Positions 1 to 8,978 of a stretch of DNA of 50,480 nucleotides are shown piece by piece; positions within the stretch are counted from its first letter, which is position 1; each line of letters begins with the position of its first letter. Below the pieces are notes generated by a model. That model worked only from the letters and a program-made list of their open reading frames with translations, was not told where the DNA came from and made no database searches. The stretch comes from a virus (Duplodnaviria; Caudoviricetes): positions 1-50,480 of IMG/VR virus record IMGVR_UViG_3300036794_000036. One strand, given 5' to 3'. The translations under genes and the position numbers were made by a program.

Positions 1-1
1 C

Positions 2-247
2 CGTCTACCGGGTATCATCACGGCGATCAAGCCCACGAAGGTCAGGGCTACTGGAAAGGCGATGGGCATCATCACTCTGGAGTACGGCAGGCACGAGTTG
101 TCGTTCGCTTGCTTCTCCAACAAGTGGCCCTCCAACAAGTTCATGTTCAAGCCACACAACGTCGGGATCTTCACGGTGCGTCAATCCGCTCCTACCGACA
201 AGCGCGGCGAGGGATACCATTTCGAGACAGGTCGTTTGCTAAAATGA
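2..247 (+). CDS. dnaE: DNA polymerase III alpha subunit, C-terminal OB-fold (5'-truncated)
   Basis: The frame is open from base 2: RLPGIITAIKPTKVRATGKAMGIITLEYGRHELSFACFSNKW. This resembles the DnaE OB-fold pattern (G.I..++...++G..MA.+TLED..G.+E+..F). Confidence 0.7.
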   Translation, partial: RLPGIITAIKPTKVRATGKAMGIITLEYGRHELSFACFSNKWPSNKFMFKPHNVGIFTVRQSAPTDKRGEGYHFETGRLLK

Positions 248-465
248 TGGATATGGATTCCGGTGTACAAGCACAGAACAACCCGCCGCCGCGCAAAGCG
301 TGCAGGCACGACTCGTCACGCAGGGATGGAACTCTCGATACGCATTGCCTGCTTTGTGGTGCGGATGGCTACTGGCACTACGGTCATCGGCACGATACCA
401 TTCACCCGAGTGGCAAGATCCTGATCGACCTCAGTTGTCCCAACTCATCTTCGGATAACGAATGA
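244..465 (+). CDS. hypothetical protein, Cys/His-rich
   Basis: ATG at 244 overlaps the dnaE stop (ATGA); contains C.H...HCLLC motifs. Confidence 0.55.
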   Translation: MMDMDSGVQAQNNPPPRKACRHDSSRRDGTLDTHCLLCGADGYWHYGHRHDTIHPSGKILIDLSCPNSSSDNE

Positions 466-770
466 GCGACATCAAACACATACCCATCAAAGAGTTCCGC
501 GAGATTGGATTTCTCCAAGAGGCCAACCGTCAGTTCTTCCATCCTCTGGGGCTAGCCCTGGAGATCAACGTCGATGATGAGACGGGGGAGGAGACTATCA
601 GCGGCGTGTGGGACTATCGCGAGGACCCAGAGGGAATCGAATTCGCGGAAGGCTACGGCCTCGATCCCGCGAAGGCCGCAAGGGTAGAGGATGAGCGCCG
701 TCGTCATTTCGGTCCTCGCGAGGAGAAATTCGGCGAGGCCAACACGGTGCAACCGTTGGAGACTACGTGA
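462..770 (+). CDS. hypothetical phage protein
   Basis: 102-aa ORF with ATGA/GTGA coupling at both ends; motif GFLQEANRQFFHPLGLAL...GVWDYREDPEG. Confidence 0.8.
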   Translation: MSDIKHIPIKEFREIGFLQEANRQFFHPLGLALEINVDDETGEETISGVWDYREDPEGIEFAEGYGLDPAKAARVEDERRRHFGPREEKFGEANTVQPLETT

Positions 771-1018
771 GCATCCTGAGCACGGTCAATAGCGAGTACT
801 TGGTCTTTGAAGATAATCCTCGCCTGTCGAAGGGCAAAAAGACCAAGGTGATTCTCGTGATCTCCAAGAGTTCCGACAATGTGCTTGGTGAGATTCGCTG
901 GCATGGTGCTTGGAGGCAGTACACCTTCCAACCCTATGCTGATACAATCTGGAACATCGGATGTATGCACGACGTAGAGACGTGCATCACCGGCCTGATG
1001 AACGAGAGAAAATCGTGA
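767..1018 (+). CDS. hypothetical phage protein
   Basis: 83-aa coupled ORF; motif LGEIRWHGAWRQYTFQP. Confidence 0.75.
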   Translation: MSILSTVNSEYLVFEDNPRLSKGKKTKVILVISKSSDNVLGEIRWHGAWRQYTFQPYADTIWNIGCMHDVETCITGLMNERKS

Positions 1019-2124
1019 GCAAGCAAGCACAACGCAAAAAGCTGGACGCCATGAAGACGAGCGCCATCAAAGCCTACGGCCCGCGCGCTGCGGCCTTCGG
1101 GAGCGAGCACTACGTCTTCAATGCCGTGTCTACCGGCTCCCTCATGCTGGACTACAAGCTCGGCACTGGAGGCGTCATCTATGGCGGTCTGGTAGAGGTC
1201 TTTGGAGCCAACGGGCTGGGCAAGAGCAGCGCTCTCCTCTACGGCACGCTCGCCAACGTGCAGAAGGAAGAAAAGCTCGCGGCACTGATCGCGACGGAGC
1301 CCATCTTCGATAAGAAGTGGGCAGCCAAGCTCGGACTGGACCCTGACTTCCTGCTCATCCTTCGTCCGGAAAACGCGCAAGAGGCGTTTGACATGATGCG
1401 CGATCTGACGTTCAACACTGACATCGACTTCATCGGCATGGATTCACTCGGCGCGATGGGCAATGAATCGAGTCAGAAAGAGGGCGGCAGGCCCAAGGCG
1501 TACGGCATCTCCGGCGAGGTCACATCTGGACTCAACGACATCATGCCGCGCGTGTACAAGGCCAACAAGGGCATCATGGTCATCAATCAGCAGCGCCAAG
1601 CTGGGTCCGCGAACGGCAACACCTTCTACGAGTCACCCGGCGGAGAGGCTTTGAAGCACCACGCATGGGTACGCATCCAGGTCAAGCCAGGTGGCAAGAA
1701 ACATCAGGTGAAGATCGACGGAGAGGACGTGCTTGCTGGGCGCGAACTGAAGTGTACCTTCAAGAAGCCCAGCAAGGTTTCACACCTGCTCGGCAAGTCT
1801 GCTGAGTTCGACTTCTACACGGTCGAACACCCCGACTTCGAAAACCTCATTGGCATCGATCAGGTAGGCGACTATGTGAAAGTGGCCAAGGTCACAGGAG
1901 TCTTCAAATCGCAGGGCTCGTGGCTCGAACACCCCGTTTTCCCAAAAGGGAAAATCCAGGGCATTCCCAAGGCGCGCAAATTCTTCTCTAAAGAGCCGGA
2001 GGCGATGGAGGCTGTGCGCAATGACGTGATGAGCGTCATGATCCAGCAGGAGCTAGAGGCTCGAGAGAAGTCTGGTCCCCCGACCGAGGGTGGGGACGAC
2101 GATGGCACGTCGGGGGACGAGTAA
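1015..2124 (+). CDS. recA: RecA/UvsX-like recombinase
   Basis: VSTGSLMLDYKLGTGG, Walker A GANGLGKS, Walker B MDSLGAM, INQQR and ESPGGEALKHHA. The GTG start overlaps the upstream stop. Confidence 0.93.
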   Translation: MSKQAQRKKLDAMKTSAIKAYGPRAAAFGSEHYVFNAVSTGSLMLDYKLGTGGVIYGGLVEVFGANGLGKSSALLYGTLANVQKEEKLAALIATEPIFDKKWAAKLGLDPDFLLILRPENAQEAFDMMRDLTFNTDIDFIGMDSLGAMGNESSQKEGGRPKAYGISGEVTSGLNDIMPRVYKANKGIMVINQQRQAGSANGNTFYESPGGEALKHHAWVRIQVKPGGKKHQVKIDGEDVLAGRELKCTFKKPSKVSHLLGKSAEFDFYTVEHPDFENLIGIDQVGDYVKVAKVTGVFKSQGSWLEHPVFPKGKIQGIPKARKFFSKEPEAMEAVRNDVMSVMIQQELEAREKSGPPTEGGDDDGTSGDE

Positions 2125-2476
2125 GCGTCTCTCGGTAGACCACGAGGAAGCCATAGCGCGTCGCTATGGTGGAGTGCGTTCGCCTTCATCAGGAGGAGCC
2201 GCCCACGACTACGGCGATGTCCGTTGTCCGACGACCTTGATAGAGTGCAAGGCCACGATGGCGGACAGCCGACCCAAAGTCCTCAAAGAGTTCGAGAAGA
2301 TCACGGTCGAGGCATATGCTGAGGGACGTGAGCCTGCGCTTGCGCTGCGCTACTTCGCCCCCGAGAGCATCCTCGCCGACGTGGACGGCTTCGTGGACCT
2401 GATCATGCGTCGCGTGGCTGACGACGGACATGCTCAGCTAGCCCAGGCCAAAGGGTTCCTTGATGCTGAAGCTTGA
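2102..2476 (+). CDS. Hjc-type PD-(D/E)xK Holliday junction resolvase
   Basis: HEEAIARRYGG.RSPSSGG...GDVR...LIECKAT. Confidence 0.75.
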   Translation: MARRGTSKRLSVDHEEAIARRYGGVRSPSSGGAAHDYGDVRCPTTLIECKATMADSRPKVLKEFEKITVEAYAEGREPALALRYFAPESILADVDGFVDLIMRRVADDGHAQLAQAKGFLDAEA

Positions 2477-3257
2477 CAAAACTCAGATCACTCGCAATCT
2501 CGGCAAGAAGTACAAATACGTGCCCTTCCTGGAGAAGGCCATCGCCAACTTCGAAGATCCGTGGGAGTTCGTCTACACCGAAAAGGAGGACGACGAGCAC
2601 TGGCACCCTTCAAGTCACTGCATTCAACCTGCCACCGAGCTATACGCAATAGCTCGTGGGGAAGTCGAGCGCGAGCAGGTGTCCGGGTCCTTGCGCAAGA
2701 TTTTCCAGGTAGGTCACTTCTGGCATCAGTGGCTTCAACACATCACGCTGCACAAGCTGGAGATGTGTACCCCCGATGCGATCGAGCGCCGGGGCAGTAG
2801 GTCTTGGGGCGACAAGGAAACTGCGAAGGTTGGTGTGACAGAGGGTGGTTTGAGCGCCGTTGACTGGAAACCAGCGCCCTACCATAGCGCTGCTGGATCT
2901 GGCGATGTAGCTCCGCTCGAAACCCCCAACTGGAAAGGCGTTGTCGATTACAAGACAATGAACTCAGCGAACTTCGCGCAGGCTCAGATCCCATCTTACT
3001 ACGCCGCCAAGTACGAGTGTCAGATCAACATCTACATGGACTTCTTCGATGAGGCCGAGGCCATCATCTTGCCGATCAACAAGGACTCGTGCGAATTCAA
3101 GGAGTTCCTCTACGCGCGCAACCAGCCGTTGATCGATACCATCTACGAGAAGTGGGAATTCGTGAGCGCTTGTCTCGATGCGGATGAAGCTCCTACCCAA
3201 GCTGACAACGACATGTTCGAGCTAGATCATCTACTGACTGGTGCCGTATCGACATGA
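2463..3257 (+). CDS. RecB/Cas4-like PD-(D/E)xK exonuclease
   Basis: HPSSHC, GHFWHQWLQ, GSGD, VVDYKT, QINIYM. Confidence 0.8.
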   Translation: MLKLDKTQITRNLGKKYKYVPFLEKAIANFEDPWEFVYTEKEDDEHWHPSSHCIQPATELYAIARGEVEREQVSGSLRKIFQVGHFWHQWLQHITLHKLEMCTPDAIERRGSRSWGDKETAKVGVTEGGLSAVDWKPAPYHSAAGSGDVAPLETPNWKGVVDYKTMNSANFAQAQIPSYYAAKYECQINIYMDFFDEAEAIILPINKDSCEFKEFLYARNQPLIDTIYEKWEFVSACLDADEAPTQADNDMFELDHLLTGAVST

Positions 3258-3460
3258 GATTTCATCGTATCATCGAGTACAAAAGTCGTGAGCGATGGAA
3301 CTGGTTGCACGTAGGCATTGCCGAGAGCTATATTCAGGGTGACGATGATGTGATTTACCTCCATCGCATTGGTAACGAATTCATGACCCCGAAAGCTGCT
3401 CGTGTGCTGGGCGACGCTCTGCATGAAGCGGCGGATGACTACGAGGCAAAGCGCGCATAA
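3254..3460 (+). CDS. hypothetical protein
   Basis: 68-aa ORF coupled by an ATGA overlap. Confidence 0.65.
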   Translation: MRFHRIIEYKSRERWNWLHVGIAESYIQGDDDVIYLHRIGNEFMTPKAARVLGDALHEAADDYEAKRA

Positions 3461-3463
3461 GGT

Positions 3464-4030
3464 ATGTCCAACGTACTAGCGATAGACCCCGGAGCTACAC
3501 GCGCTGGATGGGCTGTCCTCGGAACCCCCGGCGAGGATGGTAAGGCCAGCTACATAGCCTCTGGTGTAGTCCATCATCCTCGCTTGCCAAAGCAGGCGTT
3601 CCAGGAGTACCGCATGGAGTTGACGGAACATTGGATCGAAGAGTCATTCGATCTGATTGAAGAGTACAAACCGTCCGTGCTGATCTCGGAGACTGTGCCT
3701 TCGCGCGGTCCGGAGATCATGGATCAGTTGTACTTGGTGAATGTGCAGGTGACAGTGCTTCACACAATCGCCATATCGTATGGAGTGAAAGTGAAGCAAG
3801 TCTCGGCTCGTACGGTACAATCCAAAATAGCACTTCGCAAGAAGGATGTGAAAGTGACGAAACCTCAGGTGCGCAATGGTGTACTGTTGCAGTTCCCCGA
3901 GCTGGAGTCACGTCTAAGGACCAAAGGAACACAGGTTTTCGAGGAGTCAGATGCTCTAGCAATTGGTTTGTGGTATCTTACCTGTTATAATATCACAGTG
4001 AATGGCCGTAGCAACAAAAAAGACAAATAA
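3464..4030 (+). CDS. ruvC: RuvC-like Holliday junction resolvase
   Basis: N-terminal VLAIDPG...GWAV, a central E (LISE), KPQV and C-terminal ESDALAIG (RNase H-fold acidic residues). Confidence 0.85.
   Translation: MSNVLAIDPGATRAGWAVLGTPGEDGKASYIASGVVHHPRLPKQAFQEYRMELTEHWIEESFDLIEEYKPSVLISETVPSRGPEIMDQLYLVNVQVTVLHTIAISYGVKVKQVSARTVQSKIALRKKDVKVTKPQVRNGVLLQFPELESRLRTKGTQVFEESDALAIGLWYLTCYNITVNGRSNKKDK
3983..3991 (+). promoter_or_regulatory. extended -10 promoter (TGtTATAAT) upstream of the sigma-region-4 gene
   Basis: Consensus TGnTATAAT, 10 nt before ATG 4002. Confidence 0.55.
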
Positions 4031-4403
4031 ACCAACCGCGCCGATTCCTCTGCACCGGATACTCCGTGAGGTCCTAAGACACTACACGGAGTATCGTGAA
4101 CTAGTAAACCAAGATGGTCGATTGCACGTAATAGACTATGGTTACTGGGTCTACAATGAGGACGGGACACGGAAACAAAAAGAGGAAGTATCGATCTCCT
4201 TCTGGGATTTGCACGAAGGGCTGAAAGAGTTGGCTCCTCGCAAGCGCGAGGCGATCTTCTACAACGTCATCCTCGACATGAAGCAGAAGGATGTTGCGAA
4301 GATCATGGGCATAACTACTGTGAGTGTTGGTCAGTACGTGGAGGCGGGGACGATCCAACTGGCCAAGAGGTACTTCTCGGAGACTGAGCATGGCTCACTG
4401 TAG
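4002..4403 (+). CDS. sigma-70 region 4-like HTH transcription factor
   Basis: LAPRKREAIFYNVILDMKQKDVAKIMGITTVSVGQYV. Confidence 0.8.
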   Translation: MAVATKKTNKPTAPIPLHRILREVLRHYTEYRELVNQDGRLHVIDYGYWVYNEDGTRKQKEEVSISFWDLHEGLKELAPRKREAIFYNVILDMKQKDVAKIMGITTVSVGQYVEAGTIQLAKRYFSETEHGSL

Positions 4404-5007
4404 ACATGGAAAGAACGGGGCATTGGTAATGTACGACGACGCTGATCCGGAGCCGGTTGAGGAGGACGAGGATCTTCTACCGGAGGAGGACGAGGGAGAG
4501 CAGGAGTTCCAACCCGATGGTGACTACACATCGGAAGAGCTAGTGGCTTTCGCTGACAAGATCCTACGCGAGGACTCGAACCGCGAGCTATGCCGCAAGT
4601 GCAAGGAGAAGGATGCGGGTGGGAGCTTCCTCCCCTACGGCACAGAGACGGGGATGATCGAGTCCGTGCCGCAGTACACGGCTGACGGAGAGCCACTGCT
4701 GGATGACGAGGGCAATCAGTTGTACCTAGACTTCCCCGAACTCAAGTGCGAGAAGGGGCATCGGTGGTTCCAAGGAGAGGGGCAGCGACGAGACATCCGA
4801 GGACCGAATCCGATCCTCTTCGAGAGCCACCTGTACAACCGCAAACGACGTGAGATATACGTCGAGGCAGGCACTCCCGATCCAGCGTTCACCATGGACC
4901 GCAAGGGACGCCCGACGCAGGGCATGTACAACCGGGCTCACCCTGAGGGTCGCAAGATCAACACGAAAGCTCAGAGGGCAAAAAATGGCGCAAGCTACTA
5001 TCGATAG
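4390..5007 (+). CDS. hypothetical protein (acidic N-terminus, CxxC...C..GH, RREIYV..GTPDP motif); paralog of 38004-38689
   Basis: GGAG RBS before ATG 4390; similarity to the 38162-38460 frame is visible by eye. Confidence 0.8.
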   Translation: MAHCRHGKNGALVMYDDADPEPVEEDEDLLPEEDEGEQEFQPDGDYTSEELVAFADKILREDSNRELCRKCKEKDAGGSFLPYGTETGMIESVPQYTADGEPLLDDEGNQLYLDFPELKCEKGHRWFQGEGQRRDIRGPNPILFESHLYNRKRREIYVEAGTPDPAFTMDRKGRPTQGMYNRAHPEGRKINTKAQRAKNGASYYR

Positions 5008-5020
5008 ATTGGAGAAACAG

Positions 5021-5257
5021 ATGGTCACGTATGACATCTTGAAGGGATCAACGGTCGTTGGCACGGCCGATCTGATCGAGGACGCAGGTGGCGAGCACGA
5101 GAACACTCTGCGCATCGGCCAGCTAGTCGGCGATCGAGCTTGCCGACAGGCCAGTGTGAACTACGACACCATCGTGGATGAGTGTCACATCGACTGGCTA
5201 CGGCTAGATCATGACCGCGTGCTTGACGAACAGCCGTGGGGGCTGGAGCCGCAGTAA
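5021..5257 (+). CDS. hypothetical protein
   Basis: GGAG RBS at 5011-5014 and ATG at 5021 (alternative ATG at 4985). Confidence 0.6.
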   Translation: MVTYDILKGSTVVGTADLIEDAGGEHENTLRIGQLVGDRACRQASVNYDTIVDECHIDWLRLDHDRVLDEQPWGLEPQ

Positions 5258-5272
5258 GACCGCAGGTAGGCT

Positions 5273-6055
5273 ATGGACGACATCGAGGCACAAGAACTAG
5301 GCATCTCGGACGACGAGCGCAAGAAGCGCAAACGCATCCTGGATAAGCGCTCGGGTGCTGATCTCAAAAAGCGCTGGGAGCAGGGCGACCGTGCTGACTT
5401 GGAGCAGAGGCAGCAAGACGCTGCTCCTCCTGTCATTGTGGAGCCTCGCTGCCACGTATGCCAGAGTTCATATCGTGAGTTCATTGAGGAATCCCTGGTC
5501 AAAGGGCATTCCTACTCGCGCATCGCGAGGCAGATCCCGCCGGACGACGATGGACAGAAGATCGACCGTCGCTCGATCTCCAACCATCTCAAGGAACACA
5601 TGGATCTCCAGCGTACGGCGATCCGAGAGGAGCTTGAGGAGGAGGCTAGAGCCCTCCAGCAGAACGTAGAAGAGGGCTCGCTGGGTGCGAAAACCGATCG
5701 CGGGATCTTGAAGGTCCTGGTAGCCAAAGGGTTCGATGATGTCCTCAATGGTGTCTCGACGGTTGAACCCAAGGATCTCATCCAGATCATCAAGCTCCTG
5801 AACGAGCTAAACAACGATGCGTCAACCTCCCGCGCCGAGGAGAACGAGGTCGCCTTGCGCACCTTCGTACGTGCCATCGAAAACGTGTGCCCCGCCGAGA
5901 TGATCAAGTTGATCGTGGCCGAGGCAGAACGCATCCGCAACATGGACGACGTGGAGTTTGCGATGGAAGGGATCATCATTCGCGACGATCGACAGACTCA
6001 GCCAGCCCCGCTGGAGCTAGAGACCCCCGGAACGCAGGTGCTCGATGCCGGATAA
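5273..6055 (+). CDS. hypothetical protein with CxxC + HTH-like + coiled coil (possible DNA-binding or terminase-small-like)
   Basis: PRCHVCQS...YSRIARQI...RRSISNHLKEHM; function is inferred only. Confidence 0.75.
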   Translation: MDDIEAQELGISDDERKKRKRILDKRSGADLKKRWEQGDRADLEQRQQDAAPPVIVEPRCHVCQSSYREFIEESLVKGHSYSRIARQIPPDDDGQKIDRRSISNHLKEHMDLQRTAIREELEEEARALQQNVEEGSLGAKTDRGILKVLVAKGFDDVLNGVSTVEPKDLIQIIKLLNELNNDASTSRAEENEVALRTFVRAIENVCPAEMIKLIVAEAERIRNMDDVEFAMEGIIIRDDRQTQPAPLELETPGTQVLDAG

Positions 6056-6275
6056 GTTCGACAAGTGCTCTTTCTGCGGGACGTGGCACTTGATCAAGGT
6101 GGTAAACTGGGGAGGGACCCACATTGAATCTTGCCCTCATGTGCCAGAGAACATGATGGTGCCTGTACGTGACCCAGACCAAGACAACACGCTATCAGCT
6201 TCTCTCCGAGAACCTACTCGACAAGATCGAGGGGACTCCTCGGGCTTCCCAGGAGGAGTGGCTGTTCCTAGCTGA
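6045..6275 (+). CDS. possible small Zn-binding protein
   Basis: CSFC...H...CPH; fills the gap before the helicase but overlaps its start by about 100 bp. Confidence 0.4.
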   Translation: MPDKFDKCSFCGTWHLIKVVNWGGTHIESCPHVPENMMVPVRDPDQDNTLSASLREPTRQDRGDSSGFPGGVAVPS

Positions 6276-8127
6276 AAGCGACGAGTTCAAAGGCCGCTGG
6301 GAGGTCAGTGCTCTGTGGCCCGATTGGTTCTTTGATTTCGAGCCGATTGTAGGACATTACCGCACCGTCTCTCCCGCCAAGCTGGATGAGTTCCTGTCGT
6401 TCGCGGCAGACGGAGGCTATAAGGTCGTCTTCGCCGACCCCCCGGAGGCCATCCTAGAGGCGTACGCGAGTCTGCATGACCCTCCGCCGTTCTCTCTCAA
6501 CTCCTCGCTCGACAACACGATCCACGGCATGTTCCCTTGGCAGATCGAGGGGTTCAACAAGCTCGTGCGCGACGAAGCGATCAAAGCGGGGCTCGTGATC
6601 TGGGACACAGGCACAGGCAAGACCGCATTCATCGCCTCGGCGCTTAGCTGGCATCAAACGCAGGGCCATCCCTATGACCTCGGTCTAGTCGTCGTCAAGA
6701 AGAACAACAAGATCGACACGCAGCGCAAGCTCAAAGCCCTCGCGGGCTTTGACTCGTTCGTGGTGGCGGGTACTCCCAAGAAACGCGACCGGGTATATGA
6801 GGAAGTAGCGGACGCACTAGAGCAGGATCAGAAACCGATCCTGATCGCCAACTACGAGAGCTTCCGCCAGGACGATGAGATGTTCAAGTGGCTGATGGAA
6901 GATCGTGACCTGCTTGGGTTCTTGGACGAGATGCCCACGCGCCTCAGCAACCGCGAGACGAGGGTCTATGAGGCTGTGCAGAAGTCCTTGTGGAAAACCT
7001 TCCAGACGCGCACGCAGCCGCCCCAGCCTCGCCCCGCATGGATGCGCCTGTGGGAGCTTACAGCTACGCCGATCGAGAACTCGCCCGAAGGGCTGTTCAA
7101 TTGCGTGCGCCTGCTCGATCCGCTCTTGCTCGGCACGGTGACTAAGTTCGACGCCGACTACGTGATCAACCGCAACCCGGTGTCGCACAAGCCCGAACGA
7201 TGGCACAGGCTCGACAAGCTAGAGGGCAAGATCGAGTTCATGACGCACAGGGCCAGTCTGGCTGATCCTGAAGTGGCGAAGATGTTCCCCGAGATCATGG
7301 AAGACCCACTGATCATCGATTGGGACCCACGCGACCGAGCGATCTACGACATGCTGGCAAGCAACGCCGTGAAGATCCTCGAAGAAGAATCAGAATCAGA
7401 AGAATTCAACGTGCTGGCGCTCATCCAGGTCATGCAGATGCTCTGTGATGCGCCGTCGATGATTGGCAAGTCCGCAGAGAACCACAAGGAGTTCAAGAAA
7501 GTCGTGGCGGATCTCGGCGAGGATGACGACATGCCGCGCATGGTCAAGGGCTCAGAGATCGCAGTGCGCCTGGTCGAAACGCTGCGCAAAGCACCGACCG
7601 ACGAGCGTCACACCAAGTTCGAAACGCTCAGGGAAATCCTCACCGAGAAACACCCGGATAGCAAGGCGCTCGTATACATGACTTGGGCTTCATACGGTTT
7701 TGATCCGGTCTGCCGCAAGCTAGATGAGTGGGGGATTTCCTATGTCGCATACTCCGGCACCGACAAACAACGACAGACCGTCAAGGATCAGTTTCGTACC
7801 GACCCTGACATACAGGTATTTCTATCGTCCGACAAGGGGTCCGACTCGATCGACCTTCCTGAGGCCGCTGTGGGTATCAACTACAATCTCCCCTGGACGT
7901 GGACCCGCAAGCGCCAGCGTCAAGGACGTAACAACCGTGTGGATTCTGAGCTAGATACAACATGGTGGTACGATCTCATCATGGCCAACAGTGTCGAGGA
8001 GCGCAAGCAGGAGATCATCGCCATGAAGAAGGGCTATCACACCCAGTTGTTCGATGGCAAAGCTGCTGAGGACGCGATGGCCTCAAAGCTATCGCGTGAT
8101 GATCTGATCTACATTCTCACAGGCTAG
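6169..8127 (+). CDS. SNF2-family (SF2) helicase
   Basis: WDTGTGKT, NYESFR, LDEMP, LTATPIEN, SDSIDL, QRQGRNNR. Confidence 0.9.
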   Translation: MTQTKTTRYQLLSENLLDKIEGTPRASQEEWLFLAESDEFKGRWEVSALWPDWFFDFEPIVGHYRTVSPAKLDEFLSFAADGGYKVVFADPPEAILEAYASLHDPPPFSLNSSLDNTIHGMFPWQIEGFNKLVRDEAIKAGLVIWDTGTGKTAFIASALSWHQTQGHPYDLGLVVVKKNNKIDTQRKLKALAGFDSFVVAGTPKKRDRVYEEVADALEQDQKPILIANYESFRQDDEMFKWLMEDRDLLGFLDEMPTRLSNRETRVYEAVQKSLWKTFQTRTQPPQPRPAWMRLWELTATPIENSPEGLFNCVRLLDPLLLGTVTKFDADYVINRNPVSHKPERWHRLDKLEGKIEFMTHRASLADPEVAKMFPEIMEDPLIIDWDPRDRAIYDMLASNAVKILEEESESEEFNVLALIQVMQMLCDAPSMIGKSAENHKEFKKVVADLGEDDDMPRMVKGSEIAVRLVETLRKAPTDERHTKFETLREILTEKHPDSKALVYMTWASYGFDPVCRKLDEWGISYVAYSGTDKQRQTVKDQFRTDPDIQVFLSSDKGSDSIDLPEAAVGINYNLPWTWTRKRQRQGRNNRVDSELDTTWWYDLIMANSVEERKQEIIAMKKGYHTQLFDGKAAEDAMASKLSRDDLIYILTG

Positions 8128-8978
8128 TGAGGAGATTTGCCGAGAAGGCCCAGGAGGGCTTCGATGAGGCGGCGATAACGCCACGTCGGGCGAGCATCAC
8201 TGGAGACGGAAGTGTCGGTAGCGTGCGCGAATCGGTGTGTGTTGCGGTGCGCCACGTCGGCTGTTGCTGATGTGTCAGCGGTGTGGCGGAAGAGTTCTCG
8301 CTGGCGACGAGGGGTGTCGCTCGACAAGCTTGTCTCGGTGGCTGAGCGATAGAAGTGGGTAAGGATAGACGCGCGGTCGCTCGACACGGCTTTCTCTTCC
8401 TCTTCACGGACCTTTTTGCCTCCGCGTGCGATCCAGATGCGTGTTGGTTTGCCCTCGACCGTGAGTGCGAAGTCTCCTGAGGCTTCGACTTCCTGGCGTT
8501 TCGGTGGGGTTTCAGTGTTCTGTCCACGGATGCGCGTGTAGATGTATCCGAAGTCCACGATGAGCAGACTGAGCGCCTTCGAGGTAGAGAACTCGCGCCC
8601 GAGCGAGTCGAGGACGGTCAGGCTGATAGATGTGGTCGGGTCAGGGACCTCGTAGGTGTGTGTGACGATCGGACCGTGGCCTGTGTGTCCGTCTCCGAAG
8701 TTCCAGAAGTACTCCAGGATGGTGATACCAGGCGGAGCGATAACGTGCGGCTGGGCTTTGCTTTCAACCAGGTGTGCGGTGCCGAAGAATTCGACTGCCA
8801 GGAAGACCGGGGTGGTGCCCCAGGCGTATCGAGCGTCGCTACCTTTGTCGCTCGGTAGGGGCGGGTATGGATAGGTGTCGCCGTCGTATGTGGCGATGCC
8901 AGGTGGCCCCGTCTGTTCGAAGAAGAAGTCACAGATGACGGGGAGCGGGGGTGCTGGTGGTTCTTGCAGGATGGACAT
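8124..8978 (-). CDS. PKD-domain virion protein
   Basis: YFWNFGDGHTGHGPIVTHTY (PKD); C-terminal ~20-aa repeats of type ATDTSVSSD. Confidence 0.8.
   Translation of the reverse strand: MSILQEPPAPPLPVICDFFFEQTGPPGIATYDGDTYPYPPLPSDKGSDARYAWGTTPVFLAVEFFGTAHLVESKAQPHVIAPPGITILEYFWNFGDGHTGHGPIVTHTYEVPDPTTSISLTVLDSLGREFSTSKALSLLIVDFGYIYTRIRGQNTETPPKRQEVEASGDFALTVEGKPTRIWIARGGKKVREEEEKAVSSDRASILTHFYRSATETSLSSDTPRRQRELFRHTADTSATADVAHRNTHRFAHATDTSVSSDARPTWRYRRLIEALLGLLGKSPH

Noticed and set aside
2463-3257. Cas4-like nuclease as a sign of a CRISPR system
   Set aside because: No repeat-spacer array or other cas genes were seen; solo Cas4/RecB-like nucleases are common in phage recombination modules.
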